Numbered from the stretch's first letter, positions 16,575 through 27,878 are shown. The stretch is 64,000 nucleotides of DNA from Candidatus Omnitrophota bacterium (GCA_903944345.1 CAJARJ010000012.1:68266-132265), one strand, 5' to 3'. The notes: a model not told the origin generated them from the letters alone. Program-made: numbers and translations.

Positions 16575-18143
16575 TTATTTCTTTTTACCTTTAAGAAGCT
16601 TGTATTCAATGCTGTCCACCAGAGCTTCCCAGGAGGCTTCAATAATGTTTTCGTGAACCCCGACCGTAGTCCAGGTGTCCTGATCGTCCTGCGATTCGAT
16701 GAGAACGCGCACCTTGGCCGCCGTGGCATCGCGGGTATCAAGAACCCTAACCTTGTAGTCGGTCAGGCGCATATCTTTGAGTGAAGGATAAAAACCGGTC
16801 AAAGCATCACGCAAGGCGCGGTCAAGAGCCTCGACTGGCCCCACACTGTCTGCCGCGCTGAAACGCCGGTTGCCCTGCACGTCAATACGTACCGAAGCTT
16901 CCGCCCAGGCACGCCCGTCGGCGGCGCGTTCTGTATGCACCCGGAAACCCTCCAGTTTGAAGAATGGCTGATACTTCTTGAGATGCTTTTTCATGAACAG
17001 CTCAAAAGAAGCATCGGCCCCTTCGTACTGATAGCCGGCCAGCTCTTTTTCCTGTAACGCCTTGAGCAACTGGCTGGCGGTATCGGATTTCTTGTCCATT
17101 TCGACCGAGAACTCGCGGGCTTTCTGCAAAATCGGCATTTTACCGGCCAGTTCCGAAGTAATAAAGCGGCGATGATTGCCAAAAGTTTCCGGATCAAGAT
17201 GCTCGTAGGCTTTTGAATTCTTGAGAATGGCGTCAATATGCACTCCGGCCTTGTGGGCAAACGCCGAATGCCCGACAAAAGGATGATAGTCGGGAATCGG
17301 AAGGTTGGCCACTTCGCTGATAGCATAAGCCACGCTTTTAAGATCTTTGAGCTTCTTCTCGGGCAGAGTCAGGTAGCCCATCTTGGAGGAGAGGATGCCC
17401 ACAATCGTGGAAAGATCGGCATTGCCGCAGCGCTCGCCAAAACCGTTAAACGTTCCCTGCACCTGGATACAGCCGGCATCGACCGCCGCCAGTGAATTGG
17501 CCACAGCCAGATCCATGTCGTTATGCGTATGAATGCCCAGCGGACAGTCCAGAACTTCGCGCACCTCGGCAATGATCCCCGCAATTTCTTCCGGAAGCGA
17601 ACCGCCGTTGGTGTCGCATAAAACGATAATATCAGCGCCCGCATCCCGCGCCGTTTTGATGGCAGACAAGGCATATTCGGCATTATGCTTGTAGCCGTCA
17701 AAAAAATGCTCGGCGTCGTAGATCACTTCACGTTTCTTTTTCTTGAGAAAAGAAACCGAATCGCGGATGATTTCAAGATTATCTTCCAGGGTGGTGCGTA
17801 ACACTTCGGTGACATGCAAATCCCATGACTTTCCGAAAATACAAACCACCGGTGTTTTGGCCGCAATCAGAGCAGCATAATTGGGATCATCACAAGCCTT
17901 GATGCCCTTGCGCCGGGTGGAAGAAAACGCGCTCAACCGGGCATGCTTGAGCGGTGCCTTGACCATAGCGGCAAAAAAATCCCGATCTTTGGGATTGGAC
18001 CCCGGCCAGCCGCCTTCGACATAATGAACTCCGGCTTCGTCCAGACGGCGAGCGATCTTGATCTTGTCGGCCACGGTAAAAGAAACGCCCTCGGCCTGCG
18101 AGCCATCGCGCAATGTGGTGTCGTAAATCTGGATGGTTTTCAT
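16575..18143 (-). CDS. cimA: (R)-citramalate synthase (LeuA-family, short form).
   Basis: IQIYDTTLRDGSQAEGVSF...GGWPGSNPKD, which is close to the Geobacter-type CimA. Start taken at MKTIQIYD. Confidence 0.7.
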   Translation of the reverse strand: MKTIQIYDTTLRDGSQAEGVSFTVADKIKIARRLDEAGVHYVEGGWPGSNPKDRDFFAAMVKAPLKHARLSAFSSTRRKGIKACDDPNYAALIAAKTPVVCIFGKSWDLHVTEVLRTTLEDNLEIIRDSVSFLKKKKREVIYDAEHFFDGYKHNAEYALSAIKTARDAGADIIVLCDTNGGSLPEEIAGIIAEVREVLDCPLGIHTHNDMDLAVANSLAAVDAGCIQVQGTFNGFGERCGNADLSTIVGILSSKMGYLTLPEKKLKDLKSVAYAISEVANLPIPDYHPFVGHSAFAHKAGVHIDAILKNSKAYEHLDPETFGNHRRFITSELAGKMPILQKAREFSVEMDKKSDTASQLLKALQEKELAGYQYEGADASFELFMKKHLKKYQPFFKLEGFRVHTERAADGRAWAEASVRIDVQGNRRFSAADSVGPVEALDRALRDALTGFYPSLKDMRLTDYKVRVLDTRDATAAKVRVLIESQDDQDTWTTVGVHENIIEASWEALVDSIEYKLLKGKKK

Positions 18144-18144
18144 G

Positions 18145-19365
18145 TTATTTTTCAAGTTGAAACGCCTTGTGCAGGATTTTAACCGCACTGTCCACCTTGT
18201 CCAGAGCAATAATACAGGAAATACTGATCTCGGACGTCGAGATCATTTCAATATTGATGGAAGCCTTGGCCAAAGCATCAAACATTCTGGCCGCAATTCC
18301 CTGGTGGGAACGCATGCCCGAACCAACAATGGAAACGCGGGCAATTTCCTTGGAGTGCAGAATCTGTCCGGCCTTGATCTTGGCGGAAGTTTCTTCGGCT
18401 ACCTGGATTGCCTTGGCCAGGTCGGTCTTGGGCACAGTAAAAGAAATGTCGGTCTTGCGGGTATGGCTGACGTTCTGGACAATCACATCAACATTGACGC
18501 CTGCCTCGGCAATAGCCTTGAAAATACGGGCAGAAACCCCCGGCTCGTCCGGAACAGCGCAAATGGTGATCTTGGCTTCGTTCTTGTTTGATGTCACGCC
18601 TGTTACCGCGACATCCTCGATCTTTTTGGTAGTCTTGACGATCATTGTTCCTTCCTCCCTGGAATAGCTTGAGCGCACATGCAGCGGAATATTAAAACGT
18701 TTGGCCACCTCGATGGAACGCGCCTGCATGACCTGCGCTCCCAGCGAAGCCATTTCAAGCATTTCATCAAAGGTGATCTCTTCAAGTTTGCGGGCTTCCG
18801 GCACCAGGCGCGGATCGGTTGTATAAATCCCGGTAACATCGGTATAGATTTCGCAGACATCCGCCTTGATCGCCTTGGCCAAAGCCACCGCGGAAAGGTC
18901 GGAGCCGCCGCGGCCAAGAGTGGTGATCTCCCCTTCTTCGGTGATCCCCTGATAGCCGGCCATGATCACAATCTCACCGGCCTTGAACGCCTTATTGATA
19001 CGCTTGTTGTCCACATGATGCACGCGGGCCTTGAGATGAGTGTTATCGGTCATAACACCAACCTGATAACCGGTCAGGGCCACAGAAGCAAAACCCAGCT
19101 CGCGCACCGCCATAGCCAGAAGCGCACAGCTGATCTGTTCGCCGGTTGACAATAAAAGATCCATTTCACGATCCGCCGGATTTTTGGAAATCTGAAAAGC
19201 CAGGGTCTCCAGATCGTCGGTGGTATCGGCCATGGCCGAAACGACCACGGCAATATCGGTATTTTTGTTTTTATAGGAAACAATCCGTTGAGCAACAGCC
19301 TTGATGCGCTCGGCATCCTTGACGGATGATCCGCCGTATTTCTGAACTACAATTCGTTTTTTCAT
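18145..19365 (-). CDS. lysC: Aspartate kinase.
   Basis: MKKRIVVQKYGGSSV; C-terminal ACT domains. Confidence 0.85.
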   Translation of the reverse strand: MKKRIVVQKYGGSSVKDAERIKAVAQRIVSYKNKNTDIAVVVSAMADTTDDLETLAFQISKNPADREMDLLLSTGEQISCALLAMAVRELGFASVALTGYQVGVMTDNTHLKARVHHVDNKRINKAFKAGEIVIMAGYQGITEEGEITTLGRGGSDLSAVALAKAIKADVCEIYTDVTGIYTTDPRLVPEARKLEEITFDEMLEMASLGAQVMQARSIEVAKRFNIPLHVRSSYSREEGTMIVKTTKKIEDVAVTGVTSNKNEAKITICAVPDEPGVSARIFKAIAEAGVNVDVIVQNVSHTRKTDISFTVPKTDLAKAIQVAEETSAKIKAGQILHSKEIARVSIVGSGMRSHQGIAARMFDALAKASINIEMISTSEISISCIIALDKVDSAVKILHKAFQLEK

Positions 19366-19397
19366 AAATAACCCTTGTTGAAAATAGCGCCTGCTTT

Positions 19398-20594
19398 TCA
19401 GGCCTTTAGCAAACGGCGAACCATGGTCACGCCGCTGTCAAAAATAACTCCCGCCCTGGCTGCAGAAACCTCATTGTAACTGTCCAGACCGTTGTGTTCA
19501 ATACCTTTCCCGTAGATAACGCAGGGAACCGGAACACTGGTATGTGTTCGTTTGGCGATCGGTGTGGGATGATCAGGCGTTACCAGAACACGTGCGTCCT
19601 TGCAAGAACGCACATAATCCAGCACCGGGCCGACTATATGACGGTCAAAGGATTCAACAGCCTCGACTTTGGCCTTCACATCACCATTATGTCCTGCCTC
19701 ATCGGTAGCTTCGACGTGGATATACACCAGATCTTTGGTGGCAAGCGAAGCCAGGCCATAGTCGGCTTTGCCGCGGTAATTGGTATCGTAATAACCGGTG
19801 GCTCCCGGAACATTGATAATATCCAGCCCCACGAGACGGCCGATCCCGTTAACCAGATCCACAGCGGAAATAATCGAGCCGGTCAGGCCATAGCGCTGAG
19901 CGAACGTTTCAAGCGCGGGCTTGCCCCCCTGCCCCCAGAACCAGACAGAATTGGCCGATTCATGCCCGGCCTGAACCCGTCTTTTATTCACAGGATGATC
20001 CTTGAGGATGCCTGCCGCCTTCCTAGCGTAACCGGCCAGAAAGTCTGCCCCCGGCCCCTGGGGAAGATACGGCGCGACCTTGCGCCCCATAATGTCGTGC
20101 GGCGGGGTGCAACGGGTATGGATAAAAGCAGCCGGATCATCTGTCTTGACCACTGCAATATGACGGTAACTTTTACCCGTATAGAATTTTACTTTATCGT
20201 CGGAAAGCTGAGCCGATATGGTCTGCATGATTTCGGCGGCGTCCTCGATAGAAATATGCCCCGCACTGTAATCAATCATGGCCTCATCGTAAATAGTCAC
20301 CAGATTGCAGCGGAACGCAAGCTCGTTGTTTTCAAGAATGATCCCCAGATTGGCCGCTTCGAGCGGCGCCCGGCCGGAAAAACCTTTGGTGGCATCGTAG
20401 CCCATAACGGACATGTTGCCGACATCCGATCCCGGAGCCATTCCGGGAGGAATAATACGCACCATGCCGCTCAAGCCGCCAGCGGCCAGCGCGTCCATAA
20501 AAGGCGTATGCGCCGCCTCAAGCGGAGTTTTGCCGCCGAGAACTTCGAGAGGTTCGTCAGCTACTCCATCAGGTACAAGGATGATATATTTCAT
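19398..20594 (-). CDS. Cofactor-independent phosphoglycerate mutase family protein (ApgM-like).
   Basis: [15 protein letters not shown]... metalloenzyme fold. Clustered with the thr genes. Confidence 0.65.
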   Translation of the reverse strand: MKYIILVPDGVADEPLEVLGGKTPLEAAHTPFMDALAAGGLSGMVRIIPPGMAPGSDVGNMSVMGYDATKGFSGRAPLEAANLGIILENNELAFRCNLVTIYDEAMIDYSAGHISIEDAAEIMQTISAQLSDDKVKFYTGKSYRHIAVVKTDDPAAFIHTRCTPPHDIMGRKVAPYLPQGPGADFLAGYARKAAGILKDHPVNKRRVQAGHESANSVWFWGQGGKPALETFAQRYGLTGSIISAVDLVNGIGRLVGLDIINVPGATGYYDTNYRGKADYGLASLATKDLVYIHVEATDEAGHNGDVKAKVEAVESFDRHIVGPVLDYVRSCKDARVLVTPDHPTPIAKRTHTSVPVPCVIYGKGIEHNGLDSYNEVSAARAGVIFDSGVTMVRRLLKA

Positions 20595-21238
20595 TTTCTT
20601 ATTCTGCCGATCTCGGTTAAAAGAACTTTGGCTATCGCGGCTCTGGAACTTTTTAACGGGGTTAACGTTTTGTCCGCCCGCATAATACAGGCCCGGTAAG
20701 ACGGTGTCAGCGTATTTATCAGAACCAGATCCGCCCGGGAAGAGGCCATAAGACGCGTGGCGGCCGCTGTTCCCTGCTCTATATTGTCGGCCAGCTTGAA
20801 AGCTGCCAGAATCGCTTGCGGCAGCCGGGTTTTGATCGTATCCACCAGTTTGGCCGTGGGCTTGAGCTGCAAGCTCAGGGTCCGGGCAGAAGAAATTTTC
20901 TTGTCAAACAGGCGAACCGGAGCAAAGTCCGAAACCGCAGCCGCATGAATAACACAATCATAGGGCTTGCCGCACTCGGCCTCCAGCGCCGACTGTAATT
21001 CATGATAATAGAAAAACTTTTTTATTGCCACCCCTTTGAGAGGTTCGCACGCGCCAACAGCCCCCTCGAGCAAGGTGACCCTGGCGCCGGCCTCTGACAA
21101 AAGGCGCGCAATAATCCGCCCCATCGCTCCGGTAGAGCGGTTGGTAATAATCCGGGTGCTGTCAATTGCTACAGCCGTGGGACCACTTGTGATCAGCACC
21201 CTGGAGTGATTATAAACCGATCTGCTTGAGGATGGCAT
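20591..21238 (-). CDS. Phosphopantothenate-cysteine ligase (CoaB/DFP C-terminal domain)-like protein. Start uncertain; it overlaps the 3' end of thrC.
   Basis: [27 protein letters not shown] motif. Confidence 0.5.
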   Translation of the reverse strand: MPSSSRSVYNHSRVLITSGPTAVAIDSTRIITNRSTGAMGRIIARLLSEAGARVTLLEGAVGACEPLKGVAIKKFFYYHELQSALEAECGKPYDCVIHAAAVSDFAPVRLFDKKISSARTLSLQLKPTAKLVDTIKTRLPQAILAAFKLADNIEQGTAAATRLMASSRADLVLINTLTPSYRACIMRADKTLTPLKSSRAAIAKVLLTEIGRIRK

Positions 21239-22265
21239 GAATATCCGCCTTGAGGACAACCGGATCCTGGACACAATGCATGGCCGATTTGGGATCCTTG
21301 AGGCCGTGACCGGTCAATGTACAGACAACCGATTCGCCCGGAGAAAACTTGAAGTACCCGTGGGCGGCAAGCTTAATAACCCCGGCCACAGAGGCGGCAG
21401 AGCCAGGCTCACAAAAAACGCCGTCAGAAGATGCCAGGAGCTGATAAGCCGAAAGAATTTCTTCGTCGGTGACCATATCAATAAGGCCACCGGAATTGTC
21501 GCGGGCGGCAACCGCCGACTGCCAGCTGGCCGGATTGCCGATACGAATAGCCGTGGCAATGGTTTCGGGATCCTTGATGATCCGGTTATGCACAATCGGG
21601 GCCGAACCAGCCGCCTGGAAACCAAGCATGCGCGGCAGTCTCTTGGCAAAACCGGCAGCGTGAAATTCGTTATAACCTTTCCAGTAGGCCGTAATATTGC
21701 CGGCATTCCCCACCGGAATGGCATGGAAGAACGGAGCATCGCCGAGATCTTCAACAATCTCGAAAGCGGCGGTTTTCTGTCCTTCAATACGAAAAGGATT
21801 GAGAGAATTGACCAGCTCTACCGGATGAGCGGAGGTGACTTGTTTGACCAGTTCAAGCGCGTCATCAAAATTTCCGTCAATCGCAATAACCTGGGCACCA
21901 TGGATCATGGCCTGGGCCAGCTTGCCCAGAGCAATATTGCCATTGGGAATAAGAACACAACATTTCATACCGGCACGCGAAGCATAGGCCGCCGCTGCCG
22001 CCGAGGTATTGCCGGTTGAAGCGCACATGACCACGCGCGCGCCTTTTTCAGCAGCCTTGGATATAGCCATGGTCATGCCCCGGTCCTTGAAGGAACCGGT
22101 AGGATTAAGACCTTCGTACTTGAGATAGACTTTAAGTCCGGTTTTCGCGGAAAGTACCGGCGAATGTATGAGGGGCGTATTGCCTTCGGAAAGGCTGATA
22201 ACCGGAGTCTTTTCGGAAACCGGAAGATAACGGCGATAACGTTCAATAAGCCCCTGGTACATCAC
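21210..22265 (-). CDS. thrC: Threonine synthase.
   Basis: PLP-fold motif FKDRGM. 351 aa. Confidence 0.85.
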   Translation of the reverse strand: MMYQGLIERYRRYLPVSEKTPVISLSEGNTPLIHSPVLSAKTGLKVYLKYEGLNPTGSFKDRGMTMAISKAAEKGARVVMCASTGNTSAAAAAYASRAGMKCCVLIPNGNIALGKLAQAMIHGAQVIAIDGNFDDALELVKQVTSAHPVELVNSLNPFRIEGQKTAAFEIVEDLGDAPFFHAIPVGNAGNITAYWKGYNEFHAAGFAKRLPRMLGFQAAGSAPIVHNRIIKDPETIATAIRIGNPASWQSAVAARDNSGGLIDMVTDEEILSAYQLLASSDGVFCEPGSAASVAGVIKLAAHGYFKFSPGESVVCTLTGHGLKDPKSAMHCVQDPVVLKADIHAILKQIGL

Positions 22266-23560
22266 AGACGCTCCATGCGAATGACCACAGGAGTGGCTTT
22301 GGTTTCCTTGAGCTTGACAATCTGCTCGATAGCCTTGCGCAAGGAGCTTTCTTTGGCCATATGCGTAAGCATGACCAGCGGCACCGCCATGTTCTTGCTA
22401 ACAGCTTTCTGGGTAACCGAGGCGATGCTGATGCCCTCGTTGCCGAGAATGCCTGTTATTTTGGAAAGAACGCCGGGCCGGTCAATAACCATCAGGCGGA
22501 TATAATACTCGACTTCAACCTCCGACATCGGCCGCAATTCCAGAACTTCGAATTCTTCGGGATTATCGCCAATCCAGGTGCGGTCGACCAGGTCATTGGC
22601 CAACGCAAGGTTGATTAAATCGCTGAAAACACCCGATGCGGCCGCCATCTGTCCGGCTCCCTGGCCGACCAGAAGAACGTCGCCCAAAGCGTCAGCTTCG
22701 AGCAGAAGCGCATTGTAAACATTCTGAACGGAAGCCAGCGGATGAGTTTTGGCAATCAGGGTCGGATGAACCCGGGCTTCGACTTTACCGTCATTCTTCT
22801 TGGCAATGGCCAACAATTTGATGGCCAGACCAAGCTCATCGGCATATTTGAAATCTTCTGCCCCGATTTCCGTAATACCCTCGGTATAAATGTGCTCCTT
22901 GACCTTGAGAAACTTGCCCATGGCCAAAGCCACCAGCACCGCCAGTTTGTGGGCAGAGTCGGTACCGTTCACGTCAAGGGACGGATCAGATTCGGCATAA
23001 CCTTTTTCCTGGGCCATCTTGACAGCCTGGTCAAAGCTCAGACCGTTCTGGGACATCTGGGTAAGAATATAATTGCAAGTCCCGTTAACAATCCCGAAAA
23101 GCGCGTTATAACGGTTGCCGGCGATGCCCTCGGTAATCGTTTTGATGACCGGAACTCCGGCCAGAACAGCCGATTCAAAATAAACACTGCGTCCCTTGGC
23201 TCTGGCGTAGCGGAATAATTCCTGGCCGTAGCTGGAAATAACCGCCTTGTTGGCCGTTACAACATGTTTGGCATGCTCAAGCGCTCCGTGAATAATTTCG
23301 TAAGCCGGATGAACGCCGCCGATAACCTCGACCACCACATCAATCGCCGGGTCATTGAGGATTTCGTTGTAATTCTTGACGACATTGACCTTGCCCAGCG
23401 ATTTGACCAGTTTGGGGTCCACACGCAAATCGCAGATTGAAGTCAACTGAAGATCGACACCATACTTCGCCCTGACATAAGACGAGCGGCTCTTAATGAG
23501 TTTGGCGACACCCGCTCCGACTGTTCCCAGTCCAACCAGACCAATAGATATACTTTTCAT
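22262..23560 (-). CDS. hom: Homoserine dehydrogenase.
   Basis: N-terminal Rossmann fold GLVGLGTVG and a C-terminal ACT domain. Confidence 0.85.
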   Translation of the reverse strand: MKSISIGLVGLGTVGAGVAKLIKSRSSYVRAKYGVDLQLTSICDLRVDPKLVKSLGKVNVVKNYNEILNDPAIDVVVEVIGGVHPAYEIIHGALEHAKHVVTANKAVISSYGQELFRYARAKGRSVYFESAVLAGVPVIKTITEGIAGNRYNALFGIVNGTCNYILTQMSQNGLSFDQAVKMAQEKGYAESDPSLDVNGTDSAHKLAVLVALAMGKFLKVKEHIYTEGITEIGAEDFKYADELGLAIKLLAIAKKNDGKVEARVHPTLIAKTHPLASVQNVYNALLLEADALGDVLLVGQGAGQMAAASGVFSDLINLALANDLVDRTWIGDNPEEFEVLELRPMSEVEVEYYIRLMVIDRPGVLSKITGILGNEGISIASVTQKAVSKNMAVPLVMLTHMAKESSLRKAIEQIVKLKETKATPVVIRMERL

Positions 23561-23561
23561 T

Positions 23562-23930
23562 CTAGAGTTTCCCGGAATTATGATACTGCTCTATTTTATC
23601 AAGCACAGCCAGAACGGCAGAAGGCGCGTCGATAAAACGGACGCGTATTTCGTAAACCATTCCCTTGATCTTCTCCCTGACATGCAGAACCTCGCCATCG
23701 ACCAGAACCGATTGCGACAAAAAGGGCGTGTGCACTTCTATCGCAAGTTTAACTCCTTCTTTGAAAGGAGCCCGGGCAGAAAAACAAAGCCCGCCCTTGG
23801 AAATATTCTCGATCTGGGAAACTTCGTAATTCTGCGAGGGAGAATTCTTGTCGATGAAACGGATAATATAGTTCTTTTTAATACGGGCGAACTGGCGGCG
23901 TTCAGCTCCTTGCGGCTGCTGAGTGGACAT
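23562..23930 (-). CDS. PilZ-domain protein (c-di-GMP receptor-like).
   Basis: RRQFAR and ENISKGG motifs. Confidence 0.55.
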   Translation of the reverse strand: MSTQQPQGAERRQFARIKKNYIIRFIDKNSPSQNYEVSQIENISKGGLCFSARAPFKEGVKLAIEVHTPFLSQSVLVDGEVLHVREKIKGMVYEIRVRFIDAPSAVLAVLDKIEQYHNSGKL

Positions 23931-23961
23931 GCTGCACCCCATTGTAAAAGAAAAAAATTAG

Positions 23962-24034
23962 TCGGAGCGGTGAGATTTGAACCCACGACCTCTTGAACCC
24001 CATTCAAGTGCGCTAGCCAGCTGCGCTACGCCCC
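23962..24034 (-). tRNA. tRNA-Pro(GGG).
   Basis: Cloverleaf folded by hand. Anticodon loop AUGGGGU. T-loop TTCAAAT. Confidence 0.7.
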
Positions 24035-24114
24035 GATTTAAAACAAAATATGTGCTCCTGGAAAACAACAGGGAGCTATTATACAGAAAACATGGCTTGA
24101 GGCAAAGAAAAAAG

Positions 24115-25119
24115 CTATTCCTTCTTTAAAGAACGTCGCATCAGGTCTGCCACCACTTTCTGCGGAGGGCGACGTGTGTACACCATATCATAAACAGCCT
24201 GCGTAATAGGCATATCAATTTTTAATTTACGGGACAACCGGCAGACGGCTTTGGCGGTAACCACACCCTCGGCCACAGATGCCATTCCTGCAAGAATATC
24301 GTCGACCGGACGCCCCTTGCCAATTTCTTCGCCAACATGACGGTTGCGGCTCTGGGGGCTAAAACAGGTTGTGGCCAGATCGCCCAGCCCGGTAAGACCA
24401 TTGAAAGTTTCGGGTTTCGCCTTGAACGCGACACCGAGTCGTTTCATCTCAACCAGTCCTCTGGTCAAAAGGGCGGCCTTGGTATTTGTCCCGAACCCCA
24501 GTCCGTCGCAAACACCGCAAGCGAGCGCTATGATATTCTTGACACTCCCGCAAATCTCGACTCCCAGAACATCGGGATTGGTGTAGACCCGGAAATAATC
24601 GGTACTGAACAAGGCTTGTACCTCGGACATCCAGCGGGCATTGCGCGAGGCTGAAACCGCAGTAGTGGGCACCTTGCGGGCCACTTCAAGGGCAATAGTC
24701 GGCCCTGACAACACCGCCAGCGGCACCTTGCCCAGACGGGCTTCAACGAGCTGGGACATCGTCTTGAAATTCCGGACATCGATCCCCTTGACCACGCTTA
24801 CAAAGGCTTTATTTTTTAACGGCAGTTTTGCAATGCGCTTAAGGACAGGATCAAGATATTGCGAGGGAATAGCAATAATCAGGCAATTATGTCCTGCGAC
24901 CAGGTTCTCGAGTTTATCTGTATAAGTGATCCCCGCCGGCAAAACAATACCAGGCAGAAACCGCGCATTCTCCCGGGTAGCCGCCATCTTGTTAAGGTTC
25001 TCCGGAAATGGTCCCCAGACAGAAACCGCACACCCCTTCTCTGCCAGAAGTTTCGCCAGGGTTGTACCCCAGGCTCCGTCGCCAATAACACCAATTGAGG
25101 AAACAGCCGCTTTTGTCAT
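24115..25119 (-). CDS. gpsA: NAD(P)H-dependent glycerol-3-phosphate dehydrogenase.
   Basis: IGDGAWGTTLA Rossmann fold. 334 aa. Confidence 0.85.
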   Translation of the reverse strand: MTKAAVSSIGVIGDGAWGTTLAKLLAEKGCAVSVWGPFPENLNKMAATRENARFLPGIVLPAGITYTDKLENLVAGHNCLIIAIPSQYLDPVLKRIAKLPLKNKAFVSVVKGIDVRNFKTMSQLVEARLGKVPLAVLSGPTIALEVARKVPTTAVSASRNARWMSEVQALFSTDYFRVYTNPDVLGVEICGSVKNIIALACGVCDGLGFGTNTKAALLTRGLVEMKRLGVAFKAKPETFNGLTGLGDLATTCFSPQSRNRHVGEEIGKGRPVDDILAGMASVAEGVVTAKAVCRLSRKLKIDMPITQAVYDMVYTRRPPQKVVADLMRRSLKKE

Positions 25120-25122
25120 ATC

Positions 25123-26991
25123 TTACCCGTTTTTGTTGACCCGATACAAGACGAAGACCTCATTTTCATGAATTTTTTGCAGGACAACACTGTCGGGTGG
25201 TGCCGCATACTTCATGAAAACAATATAATCCGCCTTGTATTTGATAATTCCGTTATAAAGCGCATCTGACAAAGGCTCGCGGACAAAAACCTTGAACGCA
25301 TCAATATCCAGCATACGGCGGCGCCATTCGACCGCGGCTTTGATATCAAAACCAATAATCCCGCAATCACGATAATCGGTCAGAAGCGTCCGGTCCGAGT
25401 GAATACGAAAACCGCCCATCTCCATATCGTTGGGCGCCATAATAAGAGCGTCTTTGGGGGTATGGCTCTTAACATACTTCTGCATATCCTCCCAGTTGCG
25501 CTGTAACTGCCAGAAGCCGCCCCCCTGCCGGGTCATGTGCAAATACACATAATGGTTATAACAAAAAGAGGAAAACATCACAACAAAAGGCACAAGAAAA
25601 AGGCCTGTCCGCAAGCGGGTGTCCCAGCGTTCGTTACCGCGCAGCAGCATAACACCGAAAGCAAGACAACTTAACCCGCACAGCACCGCCAGCCAACGAA
25701 TCATCTTGATCCCCAGTGTCAGATCCAAAGGCCAGATGAGAACAAGATAAAAACCGGCCACCGCAAAAAAGACCAGCGACATAATCCAGGCGGAACGCCT
25801 GGCAGTCCGCCAGGCATCAGCGAGCAGAACCAGTCCCCCGGTCAAAGCCGCCAGCAATATGTCGGAAAACTCCTTGCCGTTACTGACTGCCAATAAGAGA
25901 CAAAACAAAACAACCTTCCAGAGCGGATCAAACCGGGAACGCCAGACAAGAAGCACTGTGTACCCCGAAAGAAGAATACGGACATACTGCTCATTGCGAA
26001 CCAGGTTAAGATCCAGGACAAAATGGCTGGGGACAACATAGCTGAAAACGTAAGTGGCGCCGACCAGTAACAGCGCAACAAAGGAAATAACCGCAACTTT
26101 ACGGTCCTTGCGAAACAAGGGGTTGACGCACCAGTGCACCATAAAAAGAACCACCGCAAAAATATAACTCTGCAGGCCTTCCAGCAACAGACGTGTATTG
26201 GCAAGTACTTCCGCCAGGGGCTTGTCCCCGAAAATAAAGGTCTGCGGACAGGAAAGTATGTAGAGTTCAATCCAGTTGTCATAAAGAGCCGGATCAGCGT
26301 TCAGGCGGGTTCTAAGAACTCGCTGAAACATCCAGATAATCAACGGCAAGGCACAAAGGACAAACCCCAGACAGGACTGGACAAGGCGCAGCCATTTGCG
26401 GTCTTTGTTAACCAGCAAAAGATAAGCCCCGAGATACACCATCGGAAACAAGGCGTAAAGGGCATGAATATTGGCCGCCAGACCAAAGATACAGGCTGCC
26501 AGAAAAAAACGTTCGCGATAAAAATAATAGATCCCGGCGAAAATGATCGGCAAGGCAAATTCCTGATGGGAAAACGTCCGGTAGATAAGCTCCTCGGTGC
26601 GTCCAATCAGGAAAACCGTGAGCGTACAGAAAAAAGCGGCCGCACGGTCTTTACCTGAAATAAACAGCCATAAACGGAAAATCCAGAAGAAAAAGAAATA
26701 CCGGACAACTACATAAAGAAAAAGATAAACGGCCGGAATGCTGTCTACAGATATGACACGAGATAAAAGAGGATATAAATAGGAGATGAAGTTGGCTTGC
26801 AGGCCATCCACATAATAATCACCAGGGTACAAAGACGGATCAATCAAACGTTTGAGCAGAGGAATTTCCAGATGCTGGTCGTCCCAACCGTAAATGTAAC
26901 GGTTGGTAAGCAAAAAAATCCCCAGGAGCAGGCCGGAAAGAAACCAGTCGCCGGAAAGGAATTTTTTAAGCATTTTGCCAGAAAATATCAT
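25123..26991 (-). CDS. Large polytopic membrane protein (622 aa). Possibly a GT-C-type glycosyltransferase.
   Basis: More than 10 hydrophobic helices followed by a soluble C-terminal domain. Adjacent to a GT2 DPM-synthase-like gene. Confidence 0.45.
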   Translation of the reverse strand: MIFSGKMLKKFLSGDWFLSGLLLGIFLLTNRYIYGWDDQHLEIPLLKRLIDPSLYPGDYYVDGLQANFISYLYPLLSRVISVDSIPAVYLFLYVVVRYFFFFWIFRLWLFISGKDRAAAFFCTLTVFLIGRTEELIYRTFSHQEFALPIIFAGIYYFYRERFFLAACIFGLAANIHALYALFPMVYLGAYLLLVNKDRKWLRLVQSCLGFVLCALPLIIWMFQRVLRTRLNADPALYDNWIELYILSCPQTFIFGDKPLAEVLANTRLLLEGLQSYIFAVVLFMVHWCVNPLFRKDRKVAVISFVALLLVGATYVFSYVVPSHFVLDLNLVRNEQYVRILLSGYTVLLVWRSRFDPLWKVVLFCLLLAVSNGKEFSDILLAALTGGLVLLADAWRTARRSAWIMSLVFFAVAGFYLVLIWPLDLTLGIKMIRWLAVLCGLSCLAFGVMLLRGNERWDTRLRTGLFLVPFVVMFSSFCYNHYVYLHMTRQGGGFWQLQRNWEDMQKYVKSHTPKDALIMAPNDMEMGGFRIHSDRTLLTDYRDCGIIGFDIKAAVEWRRRMLDIDAFKVFVREPLSDALYNGIIKYKADYIVFMKYAAPPDSVVLQKIHENEVFVLYRVNKNG

Positions 26992-27006
26992 GAGAAAACT
27001 GCAGAT

Positions 27007-27711
27007 TTAGCGCCAACAGAAAATCTCGCGCAGGATTTCGAAATAGTAGGCCGCCCCCCATTTGAGAACCTGCAATTTCCGCTCGCCGCCTTCACGTTTG
27101 GGTTCGTCGCCAGGAATGTCCACCAGCTTCAGCCGTCGTTTGGCGGCTCGTATGGAAAGAAGCGGTTCCCAGCTGATATTTGTGTGAAAAAGTTTCTCTT
27201 CAAAAGAAAAACTGCTGTCCTTGTCCAGATCCAGCTCGGTAATCAGGTTTTTGCGGTAGATACGGTAAATGACCATGGCATCTGTATAGGCGGCACGATG
27301 GAAAAAATTGATCGAACCGGTAAAAAGCCAATTACCAAAACCGGTTACCGCATCGTCGTCGTAACTTTTGGCGCCCTGGGCATAACGGGAAACGATCACC
27401 ATATCGTAACCTTCGTTGAACTTGTCGATGCAGGGCTTAAGCAGTTCGGGAATCGAATTGCCGTCAGGACTGAATGTGAGGATGGCCTCACCCTTGATGT
27501 GCGGTAATGCATCCATGTAGGCACCGCGAATGCCGGGCGTCTTTTGCAGGACAACATCATAACCCATCTGGCGCGCAAGCTCAACCGTGCGGTCTTTGGA
27601 GTTGCCGTCGACAACCAAAATCTGGTCAAAAAGGCTTTTGTCGACTCTGGGCATGATAGTCTTCATCCCATCTTCTTCGTTCAAAGTCGGGATAAGGAGA
27701 GTAACTTTCAT
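27007..27711 (-). CDS. Family 2 glycosyltransferase (polyprenol-phosphate sugar synthase-like).
   Basis: LLIPTLNEE...VVDGNSKD...D motifs. 234 aa. Confidence 0.7.
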   Translation of the reverse strand: MKVTLLIPTLNEEDGMKTIMPRVDKSLFDQILVVDGNSKDRTVELARQMGYDVVLQKTPGIRGAYMDALPHIKGEAILTFSPDGNSIPELLKPCIDKFNEGYDMVIVSRYAQGAKSYDDDAVTGFGNWLFTGSINFFHRAAYTDAMVIYRIYRKNLITELDLDKDSSFSFEEKLFHTNISWEPLLSIRAAKRRLKLVDIPGDEPKREGGERKLQVLKWGAAYYFEILREIFCWR

Positions 27712-27738
27712 GCAGCCTCTGCTTGGATTAGAAAAAAA

Positions 27739-27812
27739 TGGAGCGAGGGACGGGAATCGAACCCGCGTGACCAGCTTGGAAGGCTAGCGTTCTACCATTG
27801 AACTACCCTCGC
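27739..27812 (-). tRNA. tRNA-Gly(UCC), CCA encoded.
   Basis: Cloverleaf folded by hand. Anticodon loop CUUCCAA. Confidence 0.75.
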
Positions 27813-27878
27813 AAAAAAAGCCTTGAAAGAGGAATATATATCAAGGAGAAAAGATAGTCAAGACCGATAGTTTAAATT

